From Octopus bimaculoides (taxonomy: Eukaryota): a stretch of 64,000 nucleotides of DNA. Shown piece by piece: positions 52,106 to 64,000 of the stretch (position 1 is the stretch's first letter; each line of letters starts with the position of its first letter). Location of the stretch: assembly GCF_001194135.2 (NCBI RefSeq), contig NC_068994.1, positions 46,940,871-47,004,870 on the forward strand. Direction: 5' to 3'. The notes beneath the pieces were generated by a model that was not told the DNA's origin, ran no database searches, and was given only the letters and a program-made list of their open reading frames with translations. The translations under genes and the position numbers were made by a program.

Positions 52106-52344
52106 TAGCAGTTTATATGTTATAGCAAACTGGATATCTCCCACTCCACTCTGCTTCTATGCTCCACCACCCCACCCCCCGCCATCCTTTCTATTGGTGA
52201 TTGGTGATCACTTGGTATTGAAAACTTTTGGCAATCTCACTCATCTACAGAAATCAATATTCATCATTTTTCTAAGAGGCAATAGGCTTTTGACTATCCG
52301 TTTGGTAAACGAGGTGGCAGTGGTGGAAGTGGGGGTGGAGGGGG
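52106..52344 (+). repeat. Copy 2 of the near-identical ~240-bp duplication (starts at a gap edge)
   Basis: Matches 40072-40310. Confidence 0.9.
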
Positions 52345-52699
52345 GGAATTTAGGTCGTTACCATGTTTATGTGTCTATGTGCATGCCTAAGAGAGAGAGA
52401 GAGAGAAAGAAAGAGTGTGTTGTTGAAAAGATAGTGGAATACAGAATATACATACACATATAAACACAAAACACGCATGCACATGTGTGTACACATAGTC
52501 TTTTGGTTGAGTGTTCAGTGTTCATAAGAATGGAAACACAGTTGTAGCTGAATTTAGCCAAATATGTCATGAGACATGAGAAGCATGATAATGTTCACGT
52601 GTATCTAAAAGCACTCCTCCTCCTCCTCTTCATATTATATAGTTCATATAATATCTAAGATAGTATATATTATATAATAATAATAATTTTATATATATG

Positions 52700-52815
52700 C
52701 ATGTGTATATGTATACATATGTTTGTAGGGGTATGTATGTGTATATGTATACATATGTTTGTGGGGGTATGTATGTGTATATGTATACATCTGTTTGTGG
52801 GGGTATGTATGTACA
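52700..52815. repeat. 36-bp tandem repeat, 3 copies
   Basis: ATGTGTATATGTATACATATGTTTGT(A/G)GGGGTATGT repeated three times. Confidence 0.85.
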
Positions 52816-52853
<38 letters not shown>

Positions 52854-53035
52854 CTTATACGTAGCTGGTTGGATTGGATTCAACAGGTCCAGAGGAACCC
52901 TTCTGGGCCATGTATGTGTATATAGTATACATATACATGCACATACAAAATGAAAATTAGACAGCAAATGGCAGGTCCATTTTAATAATCAAGAACCCCC
53001 TTCAGTCTAAATCTAGGCTACACCCATGTATGTGC

Positions 53036-53093
<58 letters not shown>

Positions 53094-53434
53094 ATTTGTA
53101 CAAGCTTCAGTCAACCGGGCTACAACCTTCCTCAGGTACCGTTTTAAAGGCTTTAGTCATTCATATCAACCCCAATGCTTATTTCAGTTTGGTAGTTTTT
53201 CTGTTGGTTTATATATTATTGATTATGTAACTGACCCCTTCATAGAACACCAGTTTTATAAGTGGCACATGTGTATGTATATACCGAATACACACATGCT
53301 TGTAGTGTGTAAAAGATCTTCTAATGAGCTCATCTTTAATACCCCCGCCATATACATGAGATTGTACTAGTGAGGACACCAAACTGTGGTTTCCTAATTC
53401 TGTATCCTTACACCTAATCAGGTGTATTATGCGC

Positions 53435-53661
53435 TTAACCCTTTAGCATTTAAGCTATCCATATTCAGTCCCAAATATTCTACCTGTTTTATGCTCAAAC
53501 TGGCTAGATCTGGCCTCTCATACCTACCCTATAATATCATTCTAAAAATAAACAATCACATCATTGAAATCTCAAAGCTACAAGACAATGCATGATTAAT
53601 TAAAAACAGCCTGAATAAATAAGTATTACATTTGACAGTGATCTGAATGCTAAAGGGTTAA
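53435..53661. mobile_element. piggyBac-type MITE (TTAA-flanked), complete
   Basis: TTAA-CCCTTTAGCATT ... AATGCTAAAGGG-TTAA. Other copies or fragments lie at ~10540-10750, 19935-20170, 38630-38811, 46915-47090, 59330-59550 and 62230-62335. Confidence 0.85.
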
Positions 53662-53937
53662 TTCCTATGGGACCCCTCTTTGCAGCATAATACAATCTGT
53701 ACTGCAAAACTGGTGATGCTTTGTTGTGTGTTTTTTTTTCACATATATCATTATTTATGGAAATTACTAATTTATTCAGTGAGTTGCTAGATCTGATTCA
53801 AATATTCCCATCGTCCATTGTGTATGCAACCAAGAAATCAAACACATCTGTGTTGGAGGACAATTATGGTACCATGTAGTTATGTGGATGTTACCACCTT
53901 GGCTATCCTGTACAAAGGAAGAGGCAACATTAGCATT

Positions 53938-54126
53938 AGAGAGCTTTGGTGAAATATTTTGGTGTTGTTCTATGCATTACATATGGTTGATGTGATGTGG
54001 TTTCTTTTTCATGCTTTACAAATTGGATATTATCATGAGGCATTGTAAAGCATGAAAAAGAAACCACATTATATCAACTATATGTAATGCATAAAACAAC
54101 AGCAAAATATTGCACCAAAGCTCTCT
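53938..54126. repeat. Long inverted repeat (~85-bp arms, ~20-nt spacer), probably a fold-back MITE
   Basis: 53938-54022 and 54042-54126 are reverse complements with a handful of mismatches. Confidence 0.85.
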
Positions 54127-54670
54127 TTAATAGAATTGTTAGCATGCCAGGCAAAATGCTTAGCAGCATTTCATTCATCCTTTACGTTTTGAGTTAAAAT
54201 TCCACCAAGGTCGACCTTGCTTTTTATCCTTTCAGAGTCAATAAAATAAATACCAGTTGAGCACTGGGGTTGATGTGATTGACTTACCTACTACCCCAAA
54301 ATTTTTGGCATTGTGCCAAAATTCAAAAGCAATTTTGCATAATATCATAACCTCTGGTGTTCCTTCTATTCTAACACCTTACTCCAAAATATCATCCACT
54401 GACATGTGCCTGATCCCACAGGCTACAAAAGTCATTTATTATTCTTCTACCCCCTTATCATCCTTTTTAATTCTAATGCTCTGGAAGTTATCTCTTCTTT
54501 CATAATTAACCTACCATTTCTTTTTATTATTAAAACTGAATTGTTATCTTGTGACTCACATTTTACATGAAACTTTAGTCATAAGATAAAAAATTCAGTG
54601 TCAATAAATTATATATTCTACAACAAGTATTGAGCCCTCCTCTCTCATTCATTTGACATAATTCAACATT

Positions 54671-54737
<67 letters not shown>

Positions 54738-57700
54738 NNNNNNNNNNNNNNNNNNNNNNNNNNNNNNNNNNNNNNNNNNNNNNNNNNNNNNNNNNNNNNN
54801 NNNNNNNNNNNNNNNNNNNNNNNNNNNNNNNNNNNNNNNNNNNNNNNNNNNNNNNNNNNNNNNNNNNNNNNNNNNNNNNNNNNNNNNNNNNNNNNNNNNN
54901 NNNNNNNNNNNNNNNNNNNNNNNNNNNNNNNNNNNNNNNNNNNNNNNNNNNNNNNNNNNNNNNNNNNNNNNNNNNNNNNNNNNNNNNNNNNNNNNNNNNN
55001 NNNNNNNNNNNNNNNNNNNNNNNNNNNNNNNNNNNNNNNNNNNNNNNNNNNNNNNNNNNNNNNNNNNNNNNNNNNNNNNNNNNNNNNNNNNNNNNNNNNN
55101 NNNNNNNNNNNNNNNNNNNNNNNNNNNNNNNNNNNNNNNNNNNNNNNNNNNNNNNNNNNNNNNNNNNNNNNNNNNNNNNNNNNNNNNNNNNNNNNNNNNN
55201 NNNNNNNNNNNNNNNNNNNNNNNNNNNNNNNNNNNNNNNNNNNNNNNNNNNNNNNNNNNNNNNNNNNNNNNNNNNNNNNNNNNNNNNNNNNNNNNNNNNN
55301 NNNNNNNNNNNNNNNNNNNNNNNNNNNNNNNNNNNNNNNNNNNNNNNNNNNNNNNNNNNNNNNNNNNNNNNNNNNNNNNNNNNNNNNNNNNNNNNNNNNN
55401 NNNNNNNNNNNNNNNNNNNNNNNNNNNNNNNNNNNNNNNNNNNNNNNNNNNNNNNNNNNNNNNNNNNNNNNNNNNNNNNNNNNNNNNNNNNNNNNNNNNN
55501 NNNNNNNNNNNNNNNNNNNNNNNNNNNNNNNNNNNNNNNNNNNNNNNNNNNNNNNNNNNNNNNNNNNNNNNNNNNNNNNNNNNNNNNNNNNNNNNNNNNN
55601 NNNNNNNNNNNNNNNNNNNNGTCCGATGTAACTGATTTAGCCCCCCTAATCTTGCTAAAGGGATCATACCATCCTTTCAAAGCCAATCCAATAAAGTACC
55701 AATCATGCACTGGGATCAATTTAATAAATTACCCCACCACCACCGCCACCTTTCATCCTTTCACGGTTGATAAAATAAGTAACACTTGAGCACTGGAGCC
55801 AATGTAATTGAAAATTACTGGTCTTGTGCCAAAATAAGAAATGGTTACTATTATTAAGGCGGCAAGCTAGCAGAATTGTTTGCATGTCAGGCGAAATGCT
55901 TAACGGTATTTCTTCCATCTCTACAAATTCCATTGAGGTCAACTTTGCCTTCCATCCTTTCGGGGTCAATAAATTAAGTACCAGTGAAACCCTGGGGTTG
56001 GTGTAATCAACTAGTCCTCTCCCCCAAAATTTTAAGCCTTGTAGTTAAAGTAGAAAGGATTATCATCATCATCGTCATCATCAATTATTCTTTCAACGTT
56101 TTCATGCAAGTTTCTACTGCTCCACCAGGTGTCCTGCATGAAGTGTGTGCAGCATTGTTTTTTTCTTTCTTCTTTTAGAAGTGTCAAATTATAATTGTAT
56201 TCTATGCTTTGTTGTGAGGTTTGTTTTGTTGTTTCTGGTGTTATTTTAGTATTTCTTTTGTTATGCATAGTATGAGAGTATGTGCAATGTGAGTTGTGCT
56301 ATTGTGTTTGGCTGGTGATTGTGTTTCATACGTGCTGTGTGATTTGTTGATATTATGGTGTTGGATGTCAATTATGTAAGAGCATGGTATTGTTAGAAAT
56401 GTTGCCAGTCATGGTATTTAGCAAGGGGCTTGTTACTATTTAAAATAATATAAAATTGAGAAGTGTGTGTGTGTAATAGTCAGTTGTCTAATGCACTTGT
56501 CAATGAAAATTGCTCTCTTGATTCAGTGAATTTTGCGACACTTGATGATACTGTAATATTACCAACATGGCTATCTGCACCAGTGGGACAAACAAACACA
56601 AAAATGCGTTTGTGTTATATCGTTTCTATCATAGGCACAAGGCCTCTAAATTGTAGGGAAAGAGTTAGGCAATGAAATCAGTTATGTAGAGTATGTGTTG
56701 TGTTATGTTGCTGGTTGTGATTCTGTTGAGCATTTGGTGTATGAAGTGTGTTATTTGGTGAAGTGGTAATTGTATAGGGCATGTGTTGCAAGCAAAGTAC
56801 CAGTTGAGATGTGCTTTTCAATCAGAAGTTTTTTGTACAAAATCTGGGTTGGGCCTAGCAGTGATCCTTCTTATATAATATATGTGGAGGTGTGAGCACC
56901 TATATGCTTTTTGTTCGTGAGCTTTCTACATCATATTTAGTGATTCAAATATTTTTTTTGTATTATTTTTCACTTTCATACCCACCAAAACCTTAGTTTA
57001 GTTTAATTTTGTGATCTTTGTACTTTGACAGCTTCTCCACCTCGTTCCAGGTGATGTTTTAATCAGATTAACCTTACCCCAGGCAAGTCCTAAAAATTGT
57101 AAATGGTTTATGGCACAAAAGAAACTTGCTAAAATAATATTCAAAGTGGTTTATGTGATTGGAAATATAATATAATTTTAAAGTGTTCATGGTGCCATAG
57201 TGAGGATCTGATCAAAGACTTTGCAATCACAAAAAGTAAAAAAAGAAAACTTTTCAAATATAAATAATTTGGAAGTATACAAAAGTAATCATTATTTTCC
57301 ATCTTGCTGCTAGTTTTGTTTCATTTTGAAAAATTAAAAAAATTATCTTCTGGTTTATTATTGTTTATATTTTGAATTATATATATAGGGAAGGGGTGCA
57401 CCAAAATTTTTTTAGTGCTTAGGGCCTATATGGGTCTTAATCTGGCCCTAGGAATGAAGCACACTGTAGCATGTCTCAAAGATTGGGCTAATATCTCTGT
57501 TCAAAAAGACAGAGGCTGAAGAGTTTGCTGAGGACAAGGTTCACTGTGCTTTATATGTATGTAATCAGGGTAACATTACTGGAGTCTGTGGCCCTGTTGG
57601 TCTGGTGCAAGTAAAAGTACTTTCACACTTGTTCGGGAGTATATGGGGCTGAGACTGGAGTGAAAGGGGATAAATTTGGAGGGGACTTACAATACACCAA

Positions 57701-57789
57701 ATATTTTTAACAATTCTTTAATACAATTCTTTATAATGTTTAATTATAAAGATAATACAATGGGATTTTTTAAACAGCGAATGGTTATG

Positions 57790-57850
57790 ACAGTCCACCA
57801 TAGTAAAATAGGAATCAAAGCAGTCTATAAAAAATGGTTGAGAACCACTG
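57790..57850 (-). mobile_element. hAT MITE end fragment
   Basis: GTTGAGAACCACTG at 57837-57850 preceded by family-like sequence. Confidence 0.6.
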
Positions 57851-59384
57851 ATGTAGGGGATGAAACTAATTGATGTAGAGAGTTGATAGTTGATGTGTAT
57901 TTGTCAGTTTGTTTGTGTGCGTATAATCTTGTTTTTTTTTATATATCTAGGAATCCATCGTCCAATGTGTTCTTTCTTTTTTTATTTGTGCTTAAGAAGG
58001 CAGGTTGTGATTTGAGGAAGATCAGTCTGTTATCTCTAGTAGGTTGAGCTGACTCCAGTACATTTCACTATTGTGAGGTATTACTACCTGCAGTGTATGT
58101 GTCACTGTGTGTTTGTGTGTGTGTGTATTTTGTGGCATGTGTATGTGCTGTGTTTGTGTTACTGTGTGTGCATGCGTGTGCCTGTGTGTATCTTGTGGCA
58201 TGTGTATGTGCAGTGTTGTGCCATTTTATGTGTGTTTGTGTGTGTAGTCTGCATGTATTTATACAATACCTCTGTTGTCGTGTTTTCAGTGTGTGTGTGT
58301 GAAAGAAAGAGAGGTGGGGGCCATTACATTTCCTCTTCGCTGTTGGATTTGTCCCATTGTATCTAAATAGTTGTCTAATGTTGATAGTTGTGTACTCTAA
58401 GGATGACACCCTCGGGTTAAAGGTCAACTGTTAAATGCTTCATGCACTCAGAACACATCCTGCATGTATAGAAGAAGGCTTGTGTCTGTAGGTGTCTGTG
58501 TGAGAATGTGTGTGCGTATGTGCATAGGTCTTCTTGAAATGTAATTTAGATGTCTCCAAAACCCTGTTGACCCCACAATGGCATCCCCACATGAGTGTCT
58601 CCCCCCACTCTCACCCCCGCCCACTGAATATGTTTCCTCATAACTTCCAGAAAAATGGATATTTTTTCATGAAAATTTCGTACGGGTACACTTCAGATGT
58701 GTAGATTACAATTATATTGGATCTTGTGGTGAAATACTTTTTCCAAGGGTCAGGTAAGGAGTTTCAGGAAATTCACACAAGTCCTCATAACTTTCAGAAA
58801 AAATGGGTAATTTTTTATGAAATTTTCTGAGAATACCTTTATACTGGAATTTAATATGAAAAAAAAAAAAAAAAAAAAGATAAAAATATTTGGTGGGCTC
58901 ATACACATAAAGGCTTTTTAGGGGGTTGATGCTCAGCTGCAATTTCATTGAAAAATATTTTTTCCTATAAGCTATTTAATCCAAGGTCACCCTTGATCTA
59001 GGAGATCAATAATAAAAGGATTGTTTTGGTAGTGATATCCATGTTTTAGGTTGTTTTTTTTTTCTTCTTCCAAATATAGTATATGTAGAACAAAATTACT
59101 CAATATATCCTTCCTCTTTTGATAAGATTCTGGTATGTAGAAAGAGATTTATCTGCTATTCGTAGCAGATCGTAAGAACCACATAGGGACTATCTCATGG
59201 CCTTGCTTTTATCCCTGCCTAATAAGTTAAAGGAGGATGAGGGGCATTACTTGTGTCCTTTGTTGACCCTTCTAAACTTGGAAAATTGATATAGTTAATG
59301 ACCTGTCTGTATCTTTTTTCAGTCATAAGACTGCAGTCGTGACTGTATATTTTCTGAATGTCCATTATAGGGTAGGTGTGAGAG

Positions 59385-59520
59385 GCCAAATCTGGCCAGT
59401 TTGAACATAAAACAAGTAGAATATTTTGGCCAAATCTGGCCAGTTTGAACATAAAACAGGTAGAATATTTTGGCCAAATCTGGCCAGTTTGAACATAAAA
59501 TAGGTAGAATATTTTGACCA
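59385..59520. repeat. 44-bp tandem triplication inside a piggyBac-type MITE
   Basis: GGCCAAATCTGGCCAGTTTGAACATAAAA(C/T)A(A/G)GTAGAATATTTT repeated three times. Confidence 0.9.
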
Positions 59521-59553
59521 GATATGACCAGTTGAAATGCTAAAGGATTAAAC

Positions 59554-59942
59554 CAGTGTTTCTCAACCATTTTAAAGAATTACGGATCCCTTTGATTACT
59601 AGAATTACGGACCCCTTTGATTACTATTTTATTCTGATGGACCCCCATAACCATTCGATGTTTAAAAACTAGTTTTATAGAAACTTCCTTCAAAATTCAT
59701 ATTTTGTTTTCCACACATGAACTTATGTAGGTTGGATTATGTAAAATGTTCGAGAAAGAAAACCTAGTTGTTTCTTGCAATACATACATCGAAAGCAAAA
59801 TTTTTTCAGGGATCTTTAAAATACTATTGTGGATCTCCAGTTTACTATTTTGTTACTTTGACCCCCAAAAATCTTATTTGGACCCCGATTTTGTTACTTT
59901 GACCGCCAAAAATCTTACTGGGACCCCAGTTGAGAACCATTG
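59554..59942. mobile_element. Complete hAT (Charlie-like) MITE
   Basis: TIRs CAGTGTTTCTCAAC / GTTGAGAACCATTG. The 8-bp flanks GATTAAAC and GGTTAAAG match at 6/8 positions (a decayed TSD). Short internal tandem duplications are present. Confidence 0.8.
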
Positions 59943-60034
59943 GGTTAAAGAAGCCACTATGTTGCAGATGTAGAATTAGCAATAACACTACTAATTAAAC
60001 TAACTTAACCACTTTTTTTTTTTTTCTCTTTTAG

Positions 60035-60064
60035 AAATTCTACAGAAATGACCATAATTGGAAA
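60035..60064 (+). other. Candidate 30-nt micro-exon
   Basis: Branch-like CTTAAC, a long T tract and TTAG acceptor (60034), donor AAA|GTGAGT (60065); an alternative donor AA|GTAAGT lies at 60200. Confidence 0.3.
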
Positions 60065-60721
60065 GTGAGTGACTGAGAGTTTTGAGAAAAACAGCAGAGA
60101 CCATGAAAATATTTATTGGCCTAGGAGGGACTATACAATGACAATAATTTGTGAAAGAAGTCTCCATCTGGGCCACAATTTAACGGTATTTTAATACAAG
60201 TAAGTGTAGAGTTTTGCGTGTCTTTTCAATTTTATTCCTTTTGTCTGTTGAAATACGCTACCTTTGGTTTAATTGATTTTGAAAATAATGAAGAATTTAG
60301 TAAAATAACTTTCTCCTTATTAAGCTGGTGTTTCATGCAATCCTCATCATTATCATCATCATCATCATCATTATTTTAATGTCCACTTTTCCATGTTTGC
60401 ATGAGTCGGACAGAGTTTATTGAGCCAGATTTTCTATGGCCAGATACCCTTGTCACCTCTTTCATACGTGTGTGTGTGTGCATGTATACATATATATTTA
60501 TGTGTATATATTTTACATCTGGGTTTCAAATTTTGGCACTAGGCCAGCAATTACTTCAATCCCATTTTGTCAACCCCAAAAGGATTGAAAGGCAAAATGA
60601 ACCTTGGTGGGATTTGAACTGGGAATGTTGAAGACAGACTAAATGCTTTTGAGTATTTTGTCACAGCATGCTAACAATTCTGCCAGCTCACTATCTTGTG
60701 TATTTTCTATATTAATGTGAG

Positions 60722-60767
<46 letters not shown>

Positions 60768-61392
60768 ACACACTCTCATTATTTACATATATTCTGGCAG
60801 CTGCCAGTGTTGGTTTTGACGATCCGATAATGAATAATGATAGCTTTTGAGAGATGATGAGCAAGGAGGGAAGAAGGTTGTGGGTGGGTCTGAAAACCGT
60901 GACCATTATTATTAATTCTGTGTTCCAATCTAGGTCTATCTCACTCTTCCATCTTTTTAGATTCTCAATGATTGCTGTGTTTAGTTTGTGTTTTTTTTTT
61001 TTGGATTTTTTTTTTTCTTGTGTGTATTTTTACAAACCATCACCCCAACAATGAAAACAATAAAAACACTAACTTTTTTTTTCCTGTTCTATTTGACAAT
61101 AATTTTTTCTTCTTTGTTTGACACCACTACCACTACCACCATCACAACAACAGTAATTCTTTCTTTTTTTTTTTTTTCTCTCTCTGTTTGACAACCACAA
61201 CTACCAGCACCACTACCATCCCCATTACCATCACAATTGATACAACACTAGTTCTTGTTCCCCACCTCCTCCAAATGACAACAATCACACCACCACAACA
61301 ACCATCACCTCTACATAAACCACCACCACCACCACCCCATCAACAATATCACTAATTATATATATACTCACACACACATATTACATACACAT

Positions 61393-61434
<42 letters not shown>

Positions 61435-62887
61435 TACATACATATATACACGCACGCACACACACATACACACACACACAACCCATATTTACCTACGTTT
61501 CACAACTACCAGCAACCGTAGTATTTATTCTTTTCTTTCTATGTGTGCGTGTGAGTGAGCATAAGTCTGTCTGTCTGTCTATCTCCCCCCCACTCTCTCA
61601 CTCTCTCTTTCTCTCCTTCCCCGTCCCTCCTCCTCATCTCCCTTCTAGCTTTATTGAATTAAAACTAATTCATTACCATAATCAAATTGTTGCTTAATTA
61701 GCTCTTAATTTGATATTTACATTTCTACAACTTGTCTTCATGGCAACCATCAGAGAGACAGAGAGAGGGGGGGGAACAGACAGACAGACAGACAGTCAGA
61801 CAGTTGAGTCATGAAGATACTTTAATCTTTTAATTTAGTATATTGTTCCTTGTTTCCTTGTTTGGTCTCAGCCTTTTTCTTTCTTTCTTTTTTTTTTTGT
61901 TAATGAGGCTTGTTAATTTAAGACATGTGTGCTATATAGTTTTACAATTTTTTCACCCCCCCCCCCCCCCCCTTTTTAATCTGATTGCACGGTATTACTG
62001 TTGTTGTTGTTGTTGTTGTTGTCGTCATTATCACTATCCTTTGCCATTTAGCAACAGAGCTTAACATACAAATGCAATTTTAACTCTATTGTATTTATGT
62101 TATGTAACCCCAGGCCAGGTCTGATAAAACAGGCCAGCGATCAAAATGACCAAAGGGTTTTTCCAGCTATGACTCTTATTTTATTTATTTATTTATTTAT
62201 TTATAGTCTTGGCGTATTTAAGATAGCATTATTTAACCCTTTAGTGTTCAGATTATTCTATCAAAGATAATGCTTATTGATTCACATTGATTTGAATTAA
62301 TCATGCATTATCTTCAAGATCTTGATGGTGTAATTACTCCCCTGTTCTCAACACTGAGCTGTCTTTTTCTCTACCAGGACTTGTTGGTTTTGAATTGTCC
62401 CCAATGGTTCTATAACTTACCCTTTTTTTTTTTTTCGAGGTAGGTGTGTTGATCCTACACAATCTCATTTTTACCTCTGGGGAAAAAGTGGTCCATATTA
62501 GTCTGGCCTCTATCCTTACAAGGAGATTGCACTCTGCCAGCATAGCTCTCAGGGTCATTGAGTTATACAAACCACCATTGCTGCAAAATGACTGAATCTT
62601 GTGGTGGCAAAGTGAATTGGTTCAGTTGATAAAGTTTGCCAATTCATGAATTGTGCGTTCATACCTGCAGCAAATGATTTTAGTTTTTTTGGAACTTTTT
62701 TTTTTTGTTTCATGTTACTTTTTTTTTGTATCCATGAGCAATTTCCTTTCACTCAATCAGTTCAATCTTATATGGTCTCAATTCATAGAAGCCTTTCTGA
62801 GAAAAGCTAATCACAAGGCCTCCTGAGTTCTGAGGAGGTCAGTAGGGTTGATGAAATTGGAAACATTCAGAAAACAAAAACAAAAAT

Positions 62888-62913
62888 GTATTTGACTAGA
62901 TGCTTATGTAACT

Positions 62914-62955
<42 letters not shown>

Positions 62956-63025
62956 CACACGTACATATATATTTGACTAGATGCTTATGTAACTCCACAC
63001 ACACACACACAACACACACATACAT
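62888..63025. repeat. Local tandem duplication (TATTTGACTAGATGCTTATGTAACTCC(AC)n, 2 copies)
   Basis: An identical 27-mer occurs at ~62889 and ~62970. Confidence 0.85.
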
Positions 63026-63499
63026 ATATACATATGCATGCATACACATATTTTACATCATTTATTCCACTTGTTGCATTGTCTGTCATTTCCTTCATAA
63101 AGTTCAGCATTTTAAGATCATGCTTTCCTTGGGTTTCTTCTTATGCAGATTCACTTGGAACATTTTTACCCCAAAGTCATCCTCTACACATCACATGTCC
63201 ATATTACTCAGTCTTCTCTTGTGTACATTACATTTGATTCTTCTTCTATTTAGTTTTTCTCCAGAGCCTATTTGTGCTCTATTGTCCGTGCACACTAATA
63301 TTCTTTTCTACTCTAGGCACAAGGCCCGAAATTTTTGGGGGAGGGGGCCAGTCGATTAGAACGACCCCAGTATGCAACTGGTACTTAATTTATTGACCCC
63401 AAAAGGATTAAAGGCAAAGTTGACGTTGGTGGAATTTGAACTCAGAATGTAAAGACAGATGAAATGGGCGGCACACACAGCATTTCTAGAACTCTATTT

Positions 63500-63885
63500 T
63501 GCTGACATGGGTGGTTCTTCTCAAGAACCTCATATCACCAGACTTCTCGGTCCATTGTTATTTCCTCTGTGAGGTCCAACGTCCTCAGATTGGTCCTTAC
63601 CACTTCATCCCATGTCTTCCTGGGTCTTCCTCTTCCATTGGTACCATCGACTTTCCATGATTGGCACTTCTTTATGCAGCTGTCTTCATTCATACACATC
63701 ACACGTCCAAACCAACATAGTCTTCTCCCTTCCATGCTGCATTTGATTCCTTTTTCCGCCCAACTTTTCTCTCAATACATTTGCACTTTGTCATACAAGC
63801 ATACTGATGTTGCACATCCAACAAAGCATACTGCCTTCATTTCTCTCCAGTCTATATATGTCTTCTGCGTAATTGTCAGCCCAGG
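63500..63885 (-). mobile_element. RTE-clade LINE 3' fragment
   Basis: The minus strand reads EDIYRLERNEGSMLCWMCNI...RRLCWFGRVMCMNEDSCIKKCQSWKVDGTNGRGRPRKTWDEVVRTNL...DREVW, with one internal stop; classic GRPRKTW motif. Confidence 0.9.
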
Positions 63886-64000
63886 AAGAGAGCATCAGTG
63901 GTACTGTATCCTGGCACAAACCCAAACTGCATCTCATCTAAGCTAATTATCTTCCTAATTAGTTTTGGTATAACTTGTTCTGTTACTTTTATAACTCATT

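Noticed and set aside
1042-55789. Long ORFs of 170-370 aa in the supplied track
   Set aside because: They span N-runs (X residues) and are artefacts of assembly gaps.
21640-59520. Regularly spaced repeats as a possible CRISPR-like array
   Set aside because: These are tandem units without unique spacers, in a eukaryotic context with no cas genes.
11760-61460. YIYI/THTH/CVCV/poly-V/T/L ORFs
   Set aside because: They are translations of (AT)n, (AC)n and trinucleotide microsatellites.

Overview
AT-rich, repeat-dense eukaryotic genomic DNA with 10 assembly gaps and no intact protein-coding gene that I can support. The SINE, LINE and MITE families look like those of coleoid cephalopods (Octopus); this rests on my recognition of the repeats, not on a search. 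Most long ORFs in the supplied track are artefacts of N-runs or microsatellites. The only recognisable protein homology is in dead mobile elements: three RTE-clade LINE fragments, a Helitron PIF1-type helicase C-terminus and the C-terminal tip of a mariner transposase. The most unusual structure is a ~526-bp fold-back insertion (45351-45876) with a near-perfect 17-bp target-site duplication. Its arms carry a tRNA-like Pol III head (B box deleted in the right arm), and each arm holds a minimal hammerhead-ribozyme-like motif of the Penelope type. A second, unrelated hammerhead-like motif lies at 22636-22671. Also notable are a 120-bp MITE with perfect TIRs carrying telomere-like TTAGGG repeats, a near-identical ~240-bp non-repetitive segment duplicated 12 kb apart, a CpG-retaining promoter-like island with a small MGxxxS ORF, and several long hairpins. 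SINE and MITE boundaries are approximate (about 10-20 bp) unless TIR or TSD coordinates are given.
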